A stretch of 57,283 nt of DNA, filler included, from a bacterium (GCA_040757115.1; 3 parts of 3 records of this genome joined end to end with filler, not necessarily neighbours in it), one strand, 5' to 3'; counted from the first letter of the whole stretch, positions 1-9,566 are shown. Notes: generated by a model from the letters alone, not told the origin. A program made the numbers and translations.

Positions 1-267
1 TAATAATTAATTTTTTAATTTTATTTTCAACCCCCACCCCCCAATCTTGGGGGCTTTAATAAGGAATTAGGATTGTGGCATTCAAAATGACCAACAATAT
101 ATATTATACGAGGACGATGAAAATGGGTTTGATGGTTGGATGGTTCAGGTGAAATCAGGCTGAAGCCTGCGGCTACCAGCCTTCTCGAGTCCCGAACCCC
201 GAGTCCCGATTTTCAGAAAAAATCTGTGTAATCTGCGAAATCTGCGGATATTTTCAGGAGGACTGCT

Positions 268-1770
268 ATGATTAGTCAAGAAGATGTTATTTACTTTATC
301 CTTACAGATAGGTTCTGTGATGGTGACCCGAACAACAATCAGGATGTGGATAAGAATAATCTTAAACAATATCACGGTGGTGATTTTGCGGGGATTATAA
401 AAAAAATACCTTATCTTAAAAAATTAGGCATTACTACAGTTTGGATTACACCGGTTTACTTATCTATTGGAACAGTTGGCGATTCTGCTGGTTACCACGG
501 TTATTGGGCACTTGATTTCGAGCGAATTGACCCTCACCTTTACTCACAAGACCCTTCATTGGCTGAAGGGAGCAAAGAGTATTTAAAGAGATTAGTCGAT
601 AAACTTCACAAGGCAAATATCAAGGTCATACTCGATATGGTAGTTAATCATACGAGTTATCATAATCAAGCTTATCACGACTATCCCTACAAAAAGATAC
701 AGGACACCTGGTTCAATCCTGCCAGAGCAGAATGGGATGAGATAGAATCTCCACTTGCCGGGCTACCTGACTTGAATCATGACCTGCCTGAAGTAGCCGA
801 TTACTTTGTCAATAATATCGTTGATTGGATAGAACAAACAGGAATTGACGGCATTCGTATGGATACAATTAAGCATGTAGAAAAAAGGTTCTGGCATTTC
901 TTTAAATCCTATGTCAAAGGAAAATATCGAAATATTACCTTACTTGGTGAATATTTAGGCTATGATGTCTATCGGATATCTGAGTACCAAAAGGCACATG
1001 ATTTTGATACCCTCTTTGATTTTCCTCTATGTGCAGTTATCAAAGAGGTTTTTATCCACAATGCTCCTATGACCAAACTTGCTCAACCCAGACTAAAAGA
1101 GGGTGAACCTGAAGGTATCCTTGATATGGATAAGTATTACACTAATGCCAACCGATTAGTTACCATGATAGATAATCATGATTTAGATAAAAGATTTATG
1201 ACAGAAATATTAGATAAGGTAGGACATTGGGATATGGATTTAGCTGTAGAGATATTCAAAACCGTTCTGACTTTCTTATTCACTACCAGAGGTATCCCTC
1301 AGATTTACTACGGCACAGAAATAGGTATGGAGGGCTATGGCGACCCGGACAATCGTAAAAGTATGCCATGGAAAAAGGTTTTTGGGGATAAATTAACGCC
1401 CATAGTTAAACCACAAAGTGAAATCTTCAATCATCTAAAATCACTTATTAAATTACAAAGGGAAAATAAGGCTATCACTTGTGGTTATTTGTTCACCCTT
1501 TATGTCGATACTTTCATCTATGCCTATCTGCGGGAATTTCGCGGGAATACCATCATTGTGGTCATCAATAACGGCTTAACCCCGATGCCTTCTCCCCTTT
1601 CGATACCTATTGAAGTAAATTCTAATATTCCACCCAGAATTAAAGAAAACCTGCAAAAGGGAAAAACACTGACTAATCTATTAAATCCAAAAGAGATAAT
1701 CCCTTATGAGAATGGACAAATCAGTGTCAAACTACACAGGAAAGAGGCAAAGGTATATAAGTTAAGTTAG
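268..1770 (+). CDS. GH13 alpha-amylase-family glycoside hydrolase
   Basis: IYFILTDRF, YHGGDFAGI, YHGYW, DMVVNH, GIRMDTIKH (nucleophile), GE, DNHD, GIPQIYYGTE motifs; AGGAGG upstream. Confidence 0.92.
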   Translation: MISQEDVIYFILTDRFCDGDPNNNQDVDKNNLKQYHGGDFAGIIKKIPYLKKLGITTVWITPVYLSIGTVGDSAGYHGYWALDFERIDPHLYSQDPSLAEGSKEYLKRLVDKLHKANIKVILDMVVNHTSYHNQAYHDYPYKKIQDTWFNPARAEWDEIESPLAGLPDLNHDLPEVADYFVNNIVDWIEQTGIDGIRMDTIKHVEKRFWHFFKSYVKGKYRNITLLGEYLGYDVYRISEYQKAHDFDTLFDFPLCAVIKEVFIHNAPMTKLAQPRLKEGEPEGILDMDKYYTNANRLVTMIDNHDLDKRFMTEILDKVGHWDMDLAVEIFKTVLTFLFTTRGIPQIYYGTEIGMEGYGDPDNRKSMPWKKVFGDKLTPIVKPQSEIFNHLKSLIKLQRENKAITCGYLFTLYVDTFIYAYLREFRGNTIIVVINNGLTPMPSPLSIPIEVNSNIPPRIKENLQKGKTLTNLLNPKEIIPYENGQISVKLHRKEAKVYKLS

Positions 1771-1915
1771 GGTTAGGTGGCTGATTTGGTTTAGGGATTA
1801 TGAAGTTATTCTTTTTGCACAACCATCCTGACCTAACTCCTGAGCCTGTCAGGAGCAGGCTTACATTTAAAAAATCAGCCATTTCCGAATGAATATTTGT
1901 CATACTTAACTCTTC

Positions 1916-3145
1916 CTATTCCAAAATTAAGGATTCGGCTACCAACTGCCAGATATATTTGACTTCGATATCTAAATTGTACTTGCCTTTCAGGTTTTTC
2001 ATGATCTGATCCCGGCAGTTGGAACAACCCGTAACTACAACCTCGGCTCCTGAGTTTTTTATCGACTCGGCTTTTTTGAGGCCATTGTAAGTAAGTTCTT
2101 CTTTATACGGCCCGGGCCACATGCCACCACCAGCACCACAGCAGAATGAATTGGGGCCTGTGGGATACATCTCTACAATATTATCTGTACACTGGGCCAG
2201 TATCCATCTTGGTTCATCATACATGCCCTGGCCAAAAAAAAGCTCTGCTACCCGACCGTGCTTACAGGAATCATGCCAGACATGGAGTTTAGTGTTCTTA
2301 CTCTTGTCAACCTTTATCCGGCCTTGTTTCAGGTATTCGATGATAATATCGTAGATGTAGAGATAATCAATACTTAAATTAGCATCCTTCTCTTTCCATT
2401 TCTCAATGCCTAAGCGGCAGCCAAAAGAACCCCCACCGCAGTCAGGTAGAATCAGCCGTTTGATATTGTGCTTTTGGACAAAGTCAATCTTGCGCCGGGC
2501 TAAGGTCATGGATGCTTCTTCATTCCCAGTAAAAAGGCCCCAGTCAACCGCTTCCCAATTTTTACCTGGAATAGTCCAGTCTGCTTTAGCGGCATAAAAT
2601 ATCTTCCAGTACCATTTCATATCATCCGAATCTGCCGAAATCTCTTTAGAATTAGGGTAAAAGGCAACATCCGCACCATCTTTGTCTATGGGCAGCTTAA
2701 AATCAGCAAACCCTTCTTCTTCTCGCAGTTCTTCCTCAACCATTTCTAACACCTGGAAATATACCGCTTCAGGAATACCCATATTATTTCCAGTAGCCAG
2801 CGCCTTTTCTGTCCCCTTATGTAGCACCCCAGGCACCTTATCCCTGGGTCTAAGAGCCTTCATCAATTCCATTATGTGAACAATGTCAACTTTCATCGGG
2901 CAGGCATACATACATCTTCCACAAATGGTGCAAACCCAGGGAAATTTGGAATGCACCACCTCATCCACCATTCCATAGGCCAACATTCGCAGTACCTTGC
3001 GGATATCCAGCCCATCCATCTGGGGACAATCTGTAACAATACATCCACCCGTACAGGTATTACAGGTCAAACAGGCAGACAAATCTGCTTTTTTCAGAAT
3101 TTTTTTAAGTTCATCCGGGATTGATTTTAATTGAATAGCTTCCAT
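1916..3145 (-). CDS. HdrD/GlpC-like Fe-S oxidoreductase (two 4Fe-4S motifs + CCG domain)
   Basis: CLTCNTCTGGC, CTICGRCMYACP, HDSC, FCCGAGGG, GCSNC. Confidence 0.85.
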   Translation of the reverse strand: MEAIQLKSIPDELKKILKKADLSACLTCNTCTGGCIVTDCPQMDGLDIRKVLRMLAYGMVDEVVHSKFPWVCTICGRCMYACPMKVDIVHIMELMKALRPRDKVPGVLHKGTEKALATGNNMGIPEAVYFQVLEMVEEELREEEGFADFKLPIDKDGADVAFYPNSKEISADSDDMKWYWKIFYAAKADWTIPGKNWEAVDWGLFTGNEEASMTLARRKIDFVQKHNIKRLILPDCGGGSFGCRLGIEKWKEKDANLSIDYLYIYDIIIEYLKQGRIKVDKSKNTKLHVWHDSCKHGRVAELFFGQGMYDEPRWILAQCTDNIVEMYPTGPNSFCCGAGGGMWPGPYKEELTYNGLKKAESIKNSGAEVVVTGCSNCRDQIMKNLKGKYNLDIEVKYIWQLVAESLILE

Positions 3146-3156
3146 TTTTAAGCCCC

Positions 3157-3675
3157 TTAATCTTGTTTTATCTCATCTGCTCCTGCTTCTTTCAACTTCA
3201 GGAGAATAAGTTTTATGACTGCATCAATTTTATCCTGGGATAGAATACCAATTCCTTCTGCCAGCGATTCTATTTCTGCTTCTTCTTTCTCCAGTCCTTT
3301 GGATGCTAAGAATGTGTTCACTCCCTCTTCTTCATCTTCTGGCAATAGTCCACAGCCACCAGTAGTGCCCAGGAATTCTCCATTTTTGAAAACAGGCACA
3401 ACTATTTTTATCATATTCAAATCACATTCTTCTACTATCGGTTTACCCTTTTTCTTCGCCATAGCCGACAGGGACTGATGAGCCATTCCACAGATTGATG
3501 CACTGGTGGAAGGATTGGCTTTTATTTCCGCACAAATCTTGTTAGCAAAGGCAGCTGGTGGATGAATAGCCTTATTTTCCGCATTAAATGTGACCCCGGT
3601 CAAACCTGTCAGGTTATACACCTTTTCTCCAACCCCCTTCCAAAAATCCAGGGGTGCTAATTCAGTAATTGTCAT
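3157..3675 (-). CDS. Stand-alone PocR ligand-binding-domain protein
   Basis: NKICAEIK..SICGMAH..EECD..IVVPVFKNGEFLGTTGGCG pattern; start moved to ATG 3675 behind AGGAGGT. Confidence 0.75.
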   Translation of the reverse strand: MTITELAPLDFWKGVGEKVYNLTGLTGVTFNAENKAIHPPAAFANKICAEIKANPSTSASICGMAHQSLSAMAKKKGKPIVEECDLNMIKIVVPVFKNGEFLGTTGGCGLLPEDEEEGVNTFLASKGLEKEEAEIESLAEGIGILSQDKIDAVIKLILLKLKEAGADEIKQD

Positions 3676-3707
3676 CGCATACCTCCTAACTCCAAAAATT
3701 ATTTCGA

Positions 3708-3838
3708 CCTGTGCGGTTAGGTTATAGACTGCCAATTTGAGTTCCCCACGCTGATGGAATCTGAAATCTCCCCCGCTGGCGGGAGATTAAGAGGGTGGAA
3801 ATCTCTTCTGCCCTTGATAATTTCTAACCGCACCAGGC
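3708..3838. mobile_element. Small MITE-like element with CCCCCGCTGGCGGGAG palindrome
   Basis: Imperfect terminal inverted repeats CCTGTGCGGTTAG / CTAACCGCACCAGG; the internal palindrome recurs near 43345, 43550 and 47643. Confidence 0.5.
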
Positions 3839-3959
3839 TTCATAGCCTGTTTTTTCCTCCCTTCTAAGAGCTTATAAATGGATTTTAGGCTTTAGCCTTT
3901 CATTGCAAATTATGAAATCCTAAAGGATTAATTCCAGGGAAATAGGGCAGTTTAAGTTG

Positions 3960-4373
3960 TTACTTCTTCCTCAGTGGACTTGGCCCCAGTTCTCGTATCT
4001 TCTCAGTCATCTCCCGGGAAACCTCAACAAATCTTTGCCCCATAGCTGCACTCATGCTATACATTTCAACTCGCTGTCCACCAATTCCAATTTCATCGAG
4101 CACCTTTTTAGCCCGTGCTACTCGCCGTTTAGCCTTGATATTGCCATCTGTAAACTGACAGTTACCATCCGAGCAGCCAAATACATATACCCCGTCAGCC
4201 CCTGATTCAATAGCCTTGAGCAAATGCAAAATATCCACCCGGCCGGTACAGGGTATCTGGACAACTTTAACATTGGTTGGAATGCTCAGCCCCATAGTTT
4301 CACTTACTTTGGCTGCTGAAGAGGGACAATTGGTACAACAAAAGACAATTAACTTTGGTTCAAACTCTGCCAT
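3960..4373 (-). CDS. mvhD: MvhD/FlpD-family [2Fe-2S] subunit
   Basis: FEPKLIVFCC, PCTGRV, GADGVYVFGC..GNCQF..GN, LGPSP; start reassigned to ATG 4373. Confidence 0.88.
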   Translation of the reverse strand: MAEFEPKLIVFCCTNCPSSAAKVSETMGLSIPTNVKVVQIPCTGRVDILHLLKAIESGADGVYVFGCSDGNCQFTDGNIKAKRRVARAKKVLDEIGIGGQRVEMYSMSAAMGQRFVEVSREMTEKIRELGPSPLRKK

Positions 4374-4387
4374 AAAAGCTCTCCTTG

Positions 4388-6769
4388 CTATGAGAATAAA
4401 AGCGATTCTGTTTTGGCTATCAGTTGTTGATCGGTATAACCTGCCAGACTGATGGCCTTGCCCGGGCATTCCGAGACACATATTCCGCAGCCGCGGCATA
4501 ACCCTGGCTCAATAGAGGCTACTCGCTGCTCCGGATCCACAATCGGCACCTGGAACGGGCACATACGCACACAGGTGAGGCACCCAACACATTTTTCCTC
4601 ATCCACCTCAGCCACAACCCCACCAATAGCAATGGTATCCCGGGATAATATTGCCATTGCCCGACCGGCAGCAGCCTGTCCTTGAATAATACTCTCGTCT
4701 ATAGATTTTGGAGACAAGGCCATTCCGGCCAAAAACACTCCCTCTGTCATCGCCTCTACTGGTTTTAGTTTAGCTGGTGATTCTACAAAGAAGCCATCTT
4801 TATCCAGAGCCACCTTGAACTGTTTAGCCAACTTTTCACTGCCCTGGCTTACGATGGCAGACTGTAGACAAATAAAGTCAGGTTCAATCATTACTGGTAG
4901 GCCAAGCACATGATCGGTAACAGTTACCCAAAGCCTCCCATTATCTTTCTCACAAACCTCAGGCTTATTTTCAAGGGTATAGCGGATAAACATCACACCC
5001 AGCAGGCGGGCCTGCTTGTAAATATCTTCCCGCTCTCCATAGGTACGCATCTCACGGTAAAGCACATAAATATTCATATCAGGATTCTTTGTCTTCAGGT
5101 CTATAGCCTTACGCACCGCAAAAGAACAGCACAGGTTACTACAGTATGACCGCTGTTCTTCCCGAGAGCCTACACACTGAATAAAAACGGCTGCTTTTGC
5201 CTGTTCAAATACACCAGGGTCTTTTATCATCTGCTCATCAAACTCAGACCAGTTCCATACATTATGGTTCTGGCCGTAGAGGTATTCGGCTGGTTTAGTA
5301 ACATCAGCCCCGGTAGCCAGAATAGTCACCCCATGCTTAATTTTAATTTCGGATTGCGAATTTCGGATTGTGGATTTGAAATTGCCAAGGAAACCTGAAG
5401 TTTTACCTATCTCGCTTTCAAGGTGCAGCACTATTTTAGGATGATTGCTCACTTCATTGATGAGCCTGGTCAGGTAGTCAGGAACGCAATATCCCTGCCA
5501 GGTTTTACTTACGCAGAGGGCATGACCACCCAATCGGTCTTTTTTCTCCACAATTGTTACTGGATAGCCCTGTTTAGCCAGTTTCAGGGCACTTTCCATA
5601 CCTGCCACACCACCGCCTACCACCAAAGCTTGTTTTTCTACAGGCACATCCATCAGGCTAAGTGGTTCCTCAGATAGACTTAATACTTCAGAAGGCTTTT
5701 CTTCTGGTCGAGAAGCAGTTGGTTTAAGATAAGCTCCAATTTGGGCCACAACCGCACTTGCATTGGTAACCGCATGGCTAATATCCATTGGTCCATTCAG
5801 GGCACCACAGACAAAGATACCTGGCACAGAAGTGGTTGCCGGCTCAAATGGTTTGGCTTGAACAAAATGATTGGGACTCAAATCTACCCCAAGCTTTTCA
5901 GCCAGAACTATTGCTTGTCGGGAAGGTTTTAAGCCAACAGAGAGAACCACCATATCATAAGATTCTGTTTGCAGGTGGCCGTTGTCATCTGGATATTGAA
6001 TCCTCAAATCAGCACTTTCCGGCACAGGATATATGGTATGAACCCGGGAGCGAATCAACCTGACCCCTTTTTCAAGTGCCTGGTTGGTGTAGTTCTCAAA
6101 CCCTTTTCCATGTGCCCGCAGGTCCATATAAAAGATGGCCGCCTCTACCTGGGGTCTGGCTTCTTTGATATTAAGTGCCTCCTTAAGGGCGTACATACAG
6201 CAAACCGAGGAACAATACCCATTACCACCCTGATTAATATCCCTTGAGCCCACACATTGCAGCCAGGCAATTCTCGCTGGCTCCTTATTATCAGAAGGGC
6301 GTCTCAAGATTCCCTGATTAGGCCCGGTGGGTTTTTGTAAGACTTCAAATTCTACACTGGTAACCAGGTTTGGGAATTGGGTATAGGCATAGGTATCATA
6401 ACCGGCCGGGTCAAATGGTTCAAAACCGGCTGATAAGATGATAGCCCCAACATTCAGACTCCCGGTCTTATCTTTATCCCGCACAGTTGCCTGGAAATTG
6501 CCGGCCTCTCCGTTTACCTCAACTACTTCTGAGTCGAGCAGAACTTCAATATTAGGATTCCGGATACACTCTGCCACAGAAGAGTCTATCTTGCAGCAGA
6601 TACAAGTTGGATAGGTTCTGTGTAAATGGGGGATCATACCGCCCAATGAAGCTGACTTTTCAACCACATAAACACTATAGCCTGCATTTGCCAGATCCAG
6701 AGTTGCCTGGATTCCGGCTATGCCGCCTCCAACTACTAAAACCTGGCTAACTGTTTTTTCATTACTCAT
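4388..6769 (-). CDS. hdrA: HdrA-like flavoprotein with two tandem FAD modules and C-terminal ferredoxin
   Basis: Two GGGxAG motifs, two QCVGSR..YCSxxCC motifs, CVGCLTCVRMCP and CRGCGICVSECP. Confidence 0.85.
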   Translation of the reverse strand: MSNEKTVSQVLVVGGGIAGIQATLDLANAGYSVYVVEKSASLGGMIPHLHRTYPTCICCKIDSSVAECIRNPNIEVLLDSEVVEVNGEAGNFQATVRDKDKTGSLNVGAIILSAGFEPFDPAGYDTYAYTQFPNLVTSVEFEVLQKPTGPNQGILRRPSDNKEPARIAWLQCVGSRDINQGGNGYCSSVCCMYALKEALNIKEARPQVEAAIFYMDLRAHGKGFENYTNQALEKGVRLIRSRVHTIYPVPESADLRIQYPDDNGHLQTESYDMVVLSVGLKPSRQAIVLAEKLGVDLSPNHFVQAKPFEPATTSVPGIFVCGALNGPMDISHAVTNASAVVAQIGAYLKPTASRPEEKPSEVLSLSEEPLSLMDVPVEKQALVVGGGVAGMESALKLAKQGYPVTIVEKKDRLGGHALCVSKTWQGYCVPDYLTRLINEVSNHPKIVLHLESEIGKTSGFLGNFKSTIRNSQSEIKIKHGVTILATGADVTKPAEYLYGQNHNVWNWSEFDEQMIKDPGVFEQAKAAVFIQCVGSREEQRSYCSNLCCSFAVRKAIDLKTKNPDMNIYVLYREMRTYGEREDIYKQARLLGVMFIRYTLENKPEVCEKDNGRLWVTVTDHVLGLPVMIEPDFICLQSAIVSQGSEKLAKQFKVALDKDGFFVESPAKLKPVEAMTEGVFLAGMALSPKSIDESIIQGQAAAGRAMAILSRDTIAIGGVVAEVDEEKCVGCLTCVRMCPFQVPIVDPEQRVASIEPGLCRGCGICVSECPGKAISLAGYTDQQLIAKTESLLFS

Positions 6770-6811
6770 AACAACATCTCCTGTTCGATAATCAGACTCT
6801 TAGCGATCTGT

Positions 6812-7228
6812 CTACTTTTTGCTGTTTGCTGTTCGTCTGGCCAGTTCCTCAACGGTAGTTATCTCTAACCTGGTCTCCATTTCTGCTTCGAGCTCTTGCC
6901 AGAAAGAACGCACCGTATCATCTACTTCTTTGTCTGTTTTTATTTCAGTCCCCGGACAAAGACAAAACCCAGGGTCTATTGCCTCAATGATTTTTTTTAC
7001 ACTTATCTCTGAAGGTACCCCTTTAAAATGGTATCCACCAGTAACCCCACCCCTAACACTTTCCAGCATCCCAGCATGTTTTAGTTTATTGAGAAGCTGA
7101 GCTACAGATGAAAAGGAGATATTTTGCCTGCGGGCTATCTCATTGCCGGTAACAGTTGCTCCTTTGCTCTGTCTGGCAATATCTATCAGAATTACAATAG
7201 CATAATGCACTTTAGATGGAATTTTCAT
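6812..7228 (-). CDS. Rrf2-family transcriptional regulator
   Basis: EIARRQNIS..QLLNKLKHAG..SVRGG..GGY..ISVKKIIEAID; start moved to ATG 7228. Confidence 0.88.
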   Translation of the reverse strand: MKIPSKVHYAIVILIDIARQSKGATVTGNEIARRQNISFSSVAQLLNKLKHAGMLESVRGGVTGGYHFKGVPSEISVKKIIEAIDPGFCLCPGTEIKTDKEVDDTVRSFWQELEAEMETRLEITTVEELARRTANSKK

Positions 7229-7472
7229 TACCAAAGCCTCAATCAACAAACACCAGGAATCAGGAATCAAACATTGACACTTATTATTGGTAGCCGATAG
7301 CGAAAAAAAATATATTAGGAATTTGAAAGTCTGTTTGTAGTAACCGCAATTATGCGGTTGTTTGTGGCCAGCCCACCCGCTAAAGGAGGGTGAGTCTCCC
7401 ACTGGGAGCAGACCTTCTGCCTTTGGCACGGGGCACTACGAACAAATTGCCCGCAGGGTTCAACCTCAAACC

Positions 7473-7907
7473 TTAGCAATAATAATTGCCGACTTTACTC
7501 AAAAAATTTTGGTTTCCTCTTTCACAAGATTGAAGGTAAACCTTACAATCCCGACATTTATTGATTTCTTTACTACAAGTTACCACCCAGCAGGGCAGAG
7601 TCTTGTCACTGAAAGCTTGACATTTTTCCCTTTTAGCTTCAGGGCAATTTTTAGACTTCCAACAGGCAATGACTGCTAATAGCCGTTGAATACTGACGAT
7701 ATTCAATTTCTCCTGGTGAATCAGGTTACGAATATGGCGAATCCATTTCAGGTCTTCATTAAAGAATCGACTGCGGCCATTTACCGGGTCATGAAATGGC
7801 CTGATTAATCCTCTTTTCTCATATTCTCGAAGGGTACTGATGCTTATACCTAATCTTTTAGCCGCATTAGTCACAGAATAAGATTCTTGTTTACTTAATT
7901 CTACCAT
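7473..7907 (-). CDS. MerR-family regulator with Cys-rich C-terminus
   Basis: YSVTNAAKRLGISISTLREYEKRGLI HTH; CW..NCP..C..PCW..C..CRDC tail. Confidence 0.85.
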   Translation of the reverse strand: MVELSKQESYSVTNAAKRLGISISTLREYEKRGLIRPFHDPVNGRSRFFNEDLKWIRHIRNLIHQEKLNIVSIQRLLAVIACWKSKNCPEAKREKCQAFSDKTLPCWVVTCSKEINKCRDCKVYLQSCERGNQNFLSKVGNYYC

Positions 7908-7965
7908 CTGATATTATCCTTAACAAACCTTAACAATAATAATTGCCGACCTTGCACAAAAAAAA

Positions 7966-8364
7966 TTACTTTATATTCTTTTGAGCTTCAAGATAGACCT
8001 TACAGGTTCGACATTTATTAGCATTAGCACAACTGCCGTTGGCTAATGTCCAACACGGCACTGTTCTATCAATCACTGTCGTACATTTCCGGCGGGTTTC
8101 CTCAGGGCAATTTTTAATTTCCCAACAGGGCATAACCATTAATAACCGCTGAATACCTTTAATATTTAATCCCTGCTGATGAATCAAATCCCGGACACAC
8201 CGAATCCATTGAATATCATCGTTAGAGAACAGTCTATAGCCATTAGACGGATTTCGATAAGGTTTAATCAACCCATCTTTTTCATATTCTCGAAGCATAC
8301 GGACACTTATGCCTAATCTCTCCGCCGCGGTGGAAATATTATAAAAGGCAGTTAATTCCTTCAA
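7966..8364 (-). CDS. MerR-family regulator with Cys-rich C-terminus (paralog)
   Basis: YNISTAAERLGISVRMLREYEKDGLI..NGYRLFS; same Cys pattern; TTG start behind GAGGTGA. Confidence 0.85.
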   Translation of the reverse strand: MKELTAFYNISTAAERLGISVRMLREYEKDGLIKPYRNPSNGYRLFSNDDIQWIRCVRDLIHQQGLNIKGIQRLLMVMPCWEIKNCPEETRRKCTTVIDRTVPCWTLANGSCANANKCRTCKVYLEAQKNIK

Positions 8365-8431
8365 TCACCTCACCCCAAAAAACCTTTCTTTATAGAATGC
8401 TTCAAACCTTGCGGAAGTTAAGTGATGAGAC

Positions 8432-8460
8432 ATTATAACATAAGATTAAACTTTTGTCAA
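8432..8460 (-). promoter_or_regulatory. sigma70 promoter for the merR-hdr cluster
   Basis: Perfect TTGACA-N17-TATAAT on the minus strand. Confidence 0.85.
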
Positions 8461-8491
8461 CCAATTTTTCGAGGGTGTGTTAAAAAAGTCC

Positions 8492-8520
8492 TTGACAAAC
8501 TCGAAAATATATGTTATATT
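8492..8520 (+). promoter_or_regulatory. sigma70 promoter for the fur operon
   Basis: TTGACA-N17-TATATT, divergent from the merR promoter. Confidence 0.8.
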
Positions 8521-8529
8521 AATAGTGGA

Positions 8530-8548
8530 AATGGAAACCATTATCATT
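8530..8548 (+). promoter_or_regulatory. Fur box
   Basis: AATGGAAACCATTATCATT matches AATGATAATCATTATCATT at 16/19, between the promoter and the fur start. Confidence 0.75.
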
Positions 8549-8553
8549 AAGGG

Positions 8554-9015
8554 GTGAAGATTATGCCAGGTCCTCCATGGTGGCATGGAAAATTTAGAGA
8601 TTGTGGGTGTCGGATGACTATACCCAGGCAGGCAATTCTTAATGTGTTGACTGGCACCTCTGAGCATTTGAGCGCAGAGGATATATATTTAGCTGTTCAT
8701 AAGGTATATCCAGCCGTCGGCTTGACTACGGTCTATCGAACCCTGGATTTGTTAGCTCAGATGGGTCTGGTATTTAAATTTGATTTTGGTGATGGAAGAA
8801 ACCGATATGAACTGATAAAAGGAACTAATCAACATCATCACCATCTGGTCTGTACTAATTGTGGCAGGATAATCGACTATTCCGACTTTATTGAGGAGGA
8901 GGTAAAACTCTTTAATCAGGTGGAATCAGCATTATCCCAGAAGCATAATTTTGAAATCATTGCCCACCAGGTTCAGTTTTTAGGAAGATGTAATAATTGT
9001 AAATCTGGTAAATAG
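8554..9015 (+). CDS. fur: Fur-family transcriptional repressor
   Basis: HLSAEDIY, TTVYRTL, HHHHLVCTNCG, GRCNNC; alternative start ATG 8563. Confidence 0.9.
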   Translation: MKIMPGPPWWHGKFRDCGCRMTIPRQAILNVLTGTSEHLSAEDIYLAVHKVYPAVGLTTVYRTLDLLAQMGLVFKFDFGDGRNRYELIKGTNQHHHHLVCTNCGRIIDYSDFIEEEVKLFNQVESALSQKHNFEIIAHQVQFLGRCNNCKSGK

Positions 9016-9065
9016 TAAATGGTAACCGGTAATAGTTCACCAGTTACCATTTAACCAATTACCAA

Positions 9066-9537
9066 TAGGGTTCTGCAAAATAGGATTTTGGGGAGACAAC
9101 AAATAAATATCAAATAGCAAATAGCAAAATGCAAAATCACAAATCAAATTTCAAAAAGGACTGTAACTATTCAGCCACTGATTGACACGGATTAGCACGG
9201 ATAAATACAGAGGTTAGAAGATAGAGGTCAGAGGACAGAGGAGAAAGGGAGAAACGGGGAAACGGAGAAAGGGGGAAGGAGAGGAGACACGAGGCACTAT
9301 ACCTGAATTTGCCTTCAACCTTGAGCCTAATTACGGACACGGATACCGGACACAGATTCACGAATTTTCCGTGTTTCATCTGTGTTTATCTGTGGCTGAA
9401 CAGTTCAGATAATTTTACATTTTGATATGTAATTTTTATATTTGCTTTTTGCATTTTGCTTTGGAGGAAATTGATAAAAATAGAGGTTTTAAATACCTGC
9501 TTAAAAACTACAGTTTCCTAAATTTTGCAGAACTCTA
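9066..9537. mobile_element. MITE (TIR YAGRGTTCTGCAAAA) with four-helix-bundle remnant and nested element
   Basis: TAGGGTTCTGCAAAA...TTTTGCAGAACTCTA flanked by 9-bp direct repeat AATTACCAA. Confidence 0.85.
9163..9406. mobile_element. Nested GTAAC-family MITE
   Basis: GTAACTATTCAGCCAC...GTGGCTGAACAGTTC ends with internal ACACGGATT-type inverted repeats. Confidence 0.7.
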
Positions 9538-9566
9538 AATTACCAAACCAAAGGAGGTGAGTAAAG

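Noticed and set aside
88-112. dif/Xer-like site (CAATATATATTATACG)
   Set aside because: Only the central TATATA-TTAT matches; the arms are too divergent to call.
1916-6769. Selenocysteine recoding in HdrA, MvhD or the HdrD-like protein
   Set aside because: All ORFs are continuous with Cys codons; no in-frame TGA.
7473-7495. sigma54 promoter in the duplicated merR motif
   Set aside because: GG and GC are 11 nt apart rather than the required 10.
9167-9379. Short ORFs over repeats and antisense ORFs in the track (e.g. 145-375, 9167-9379, 48655-49132, 55112-55324)
   Set aside because: They are translations of MITE or low-complexity DNA, or shadows of real genes, with no RBS or family motifs.
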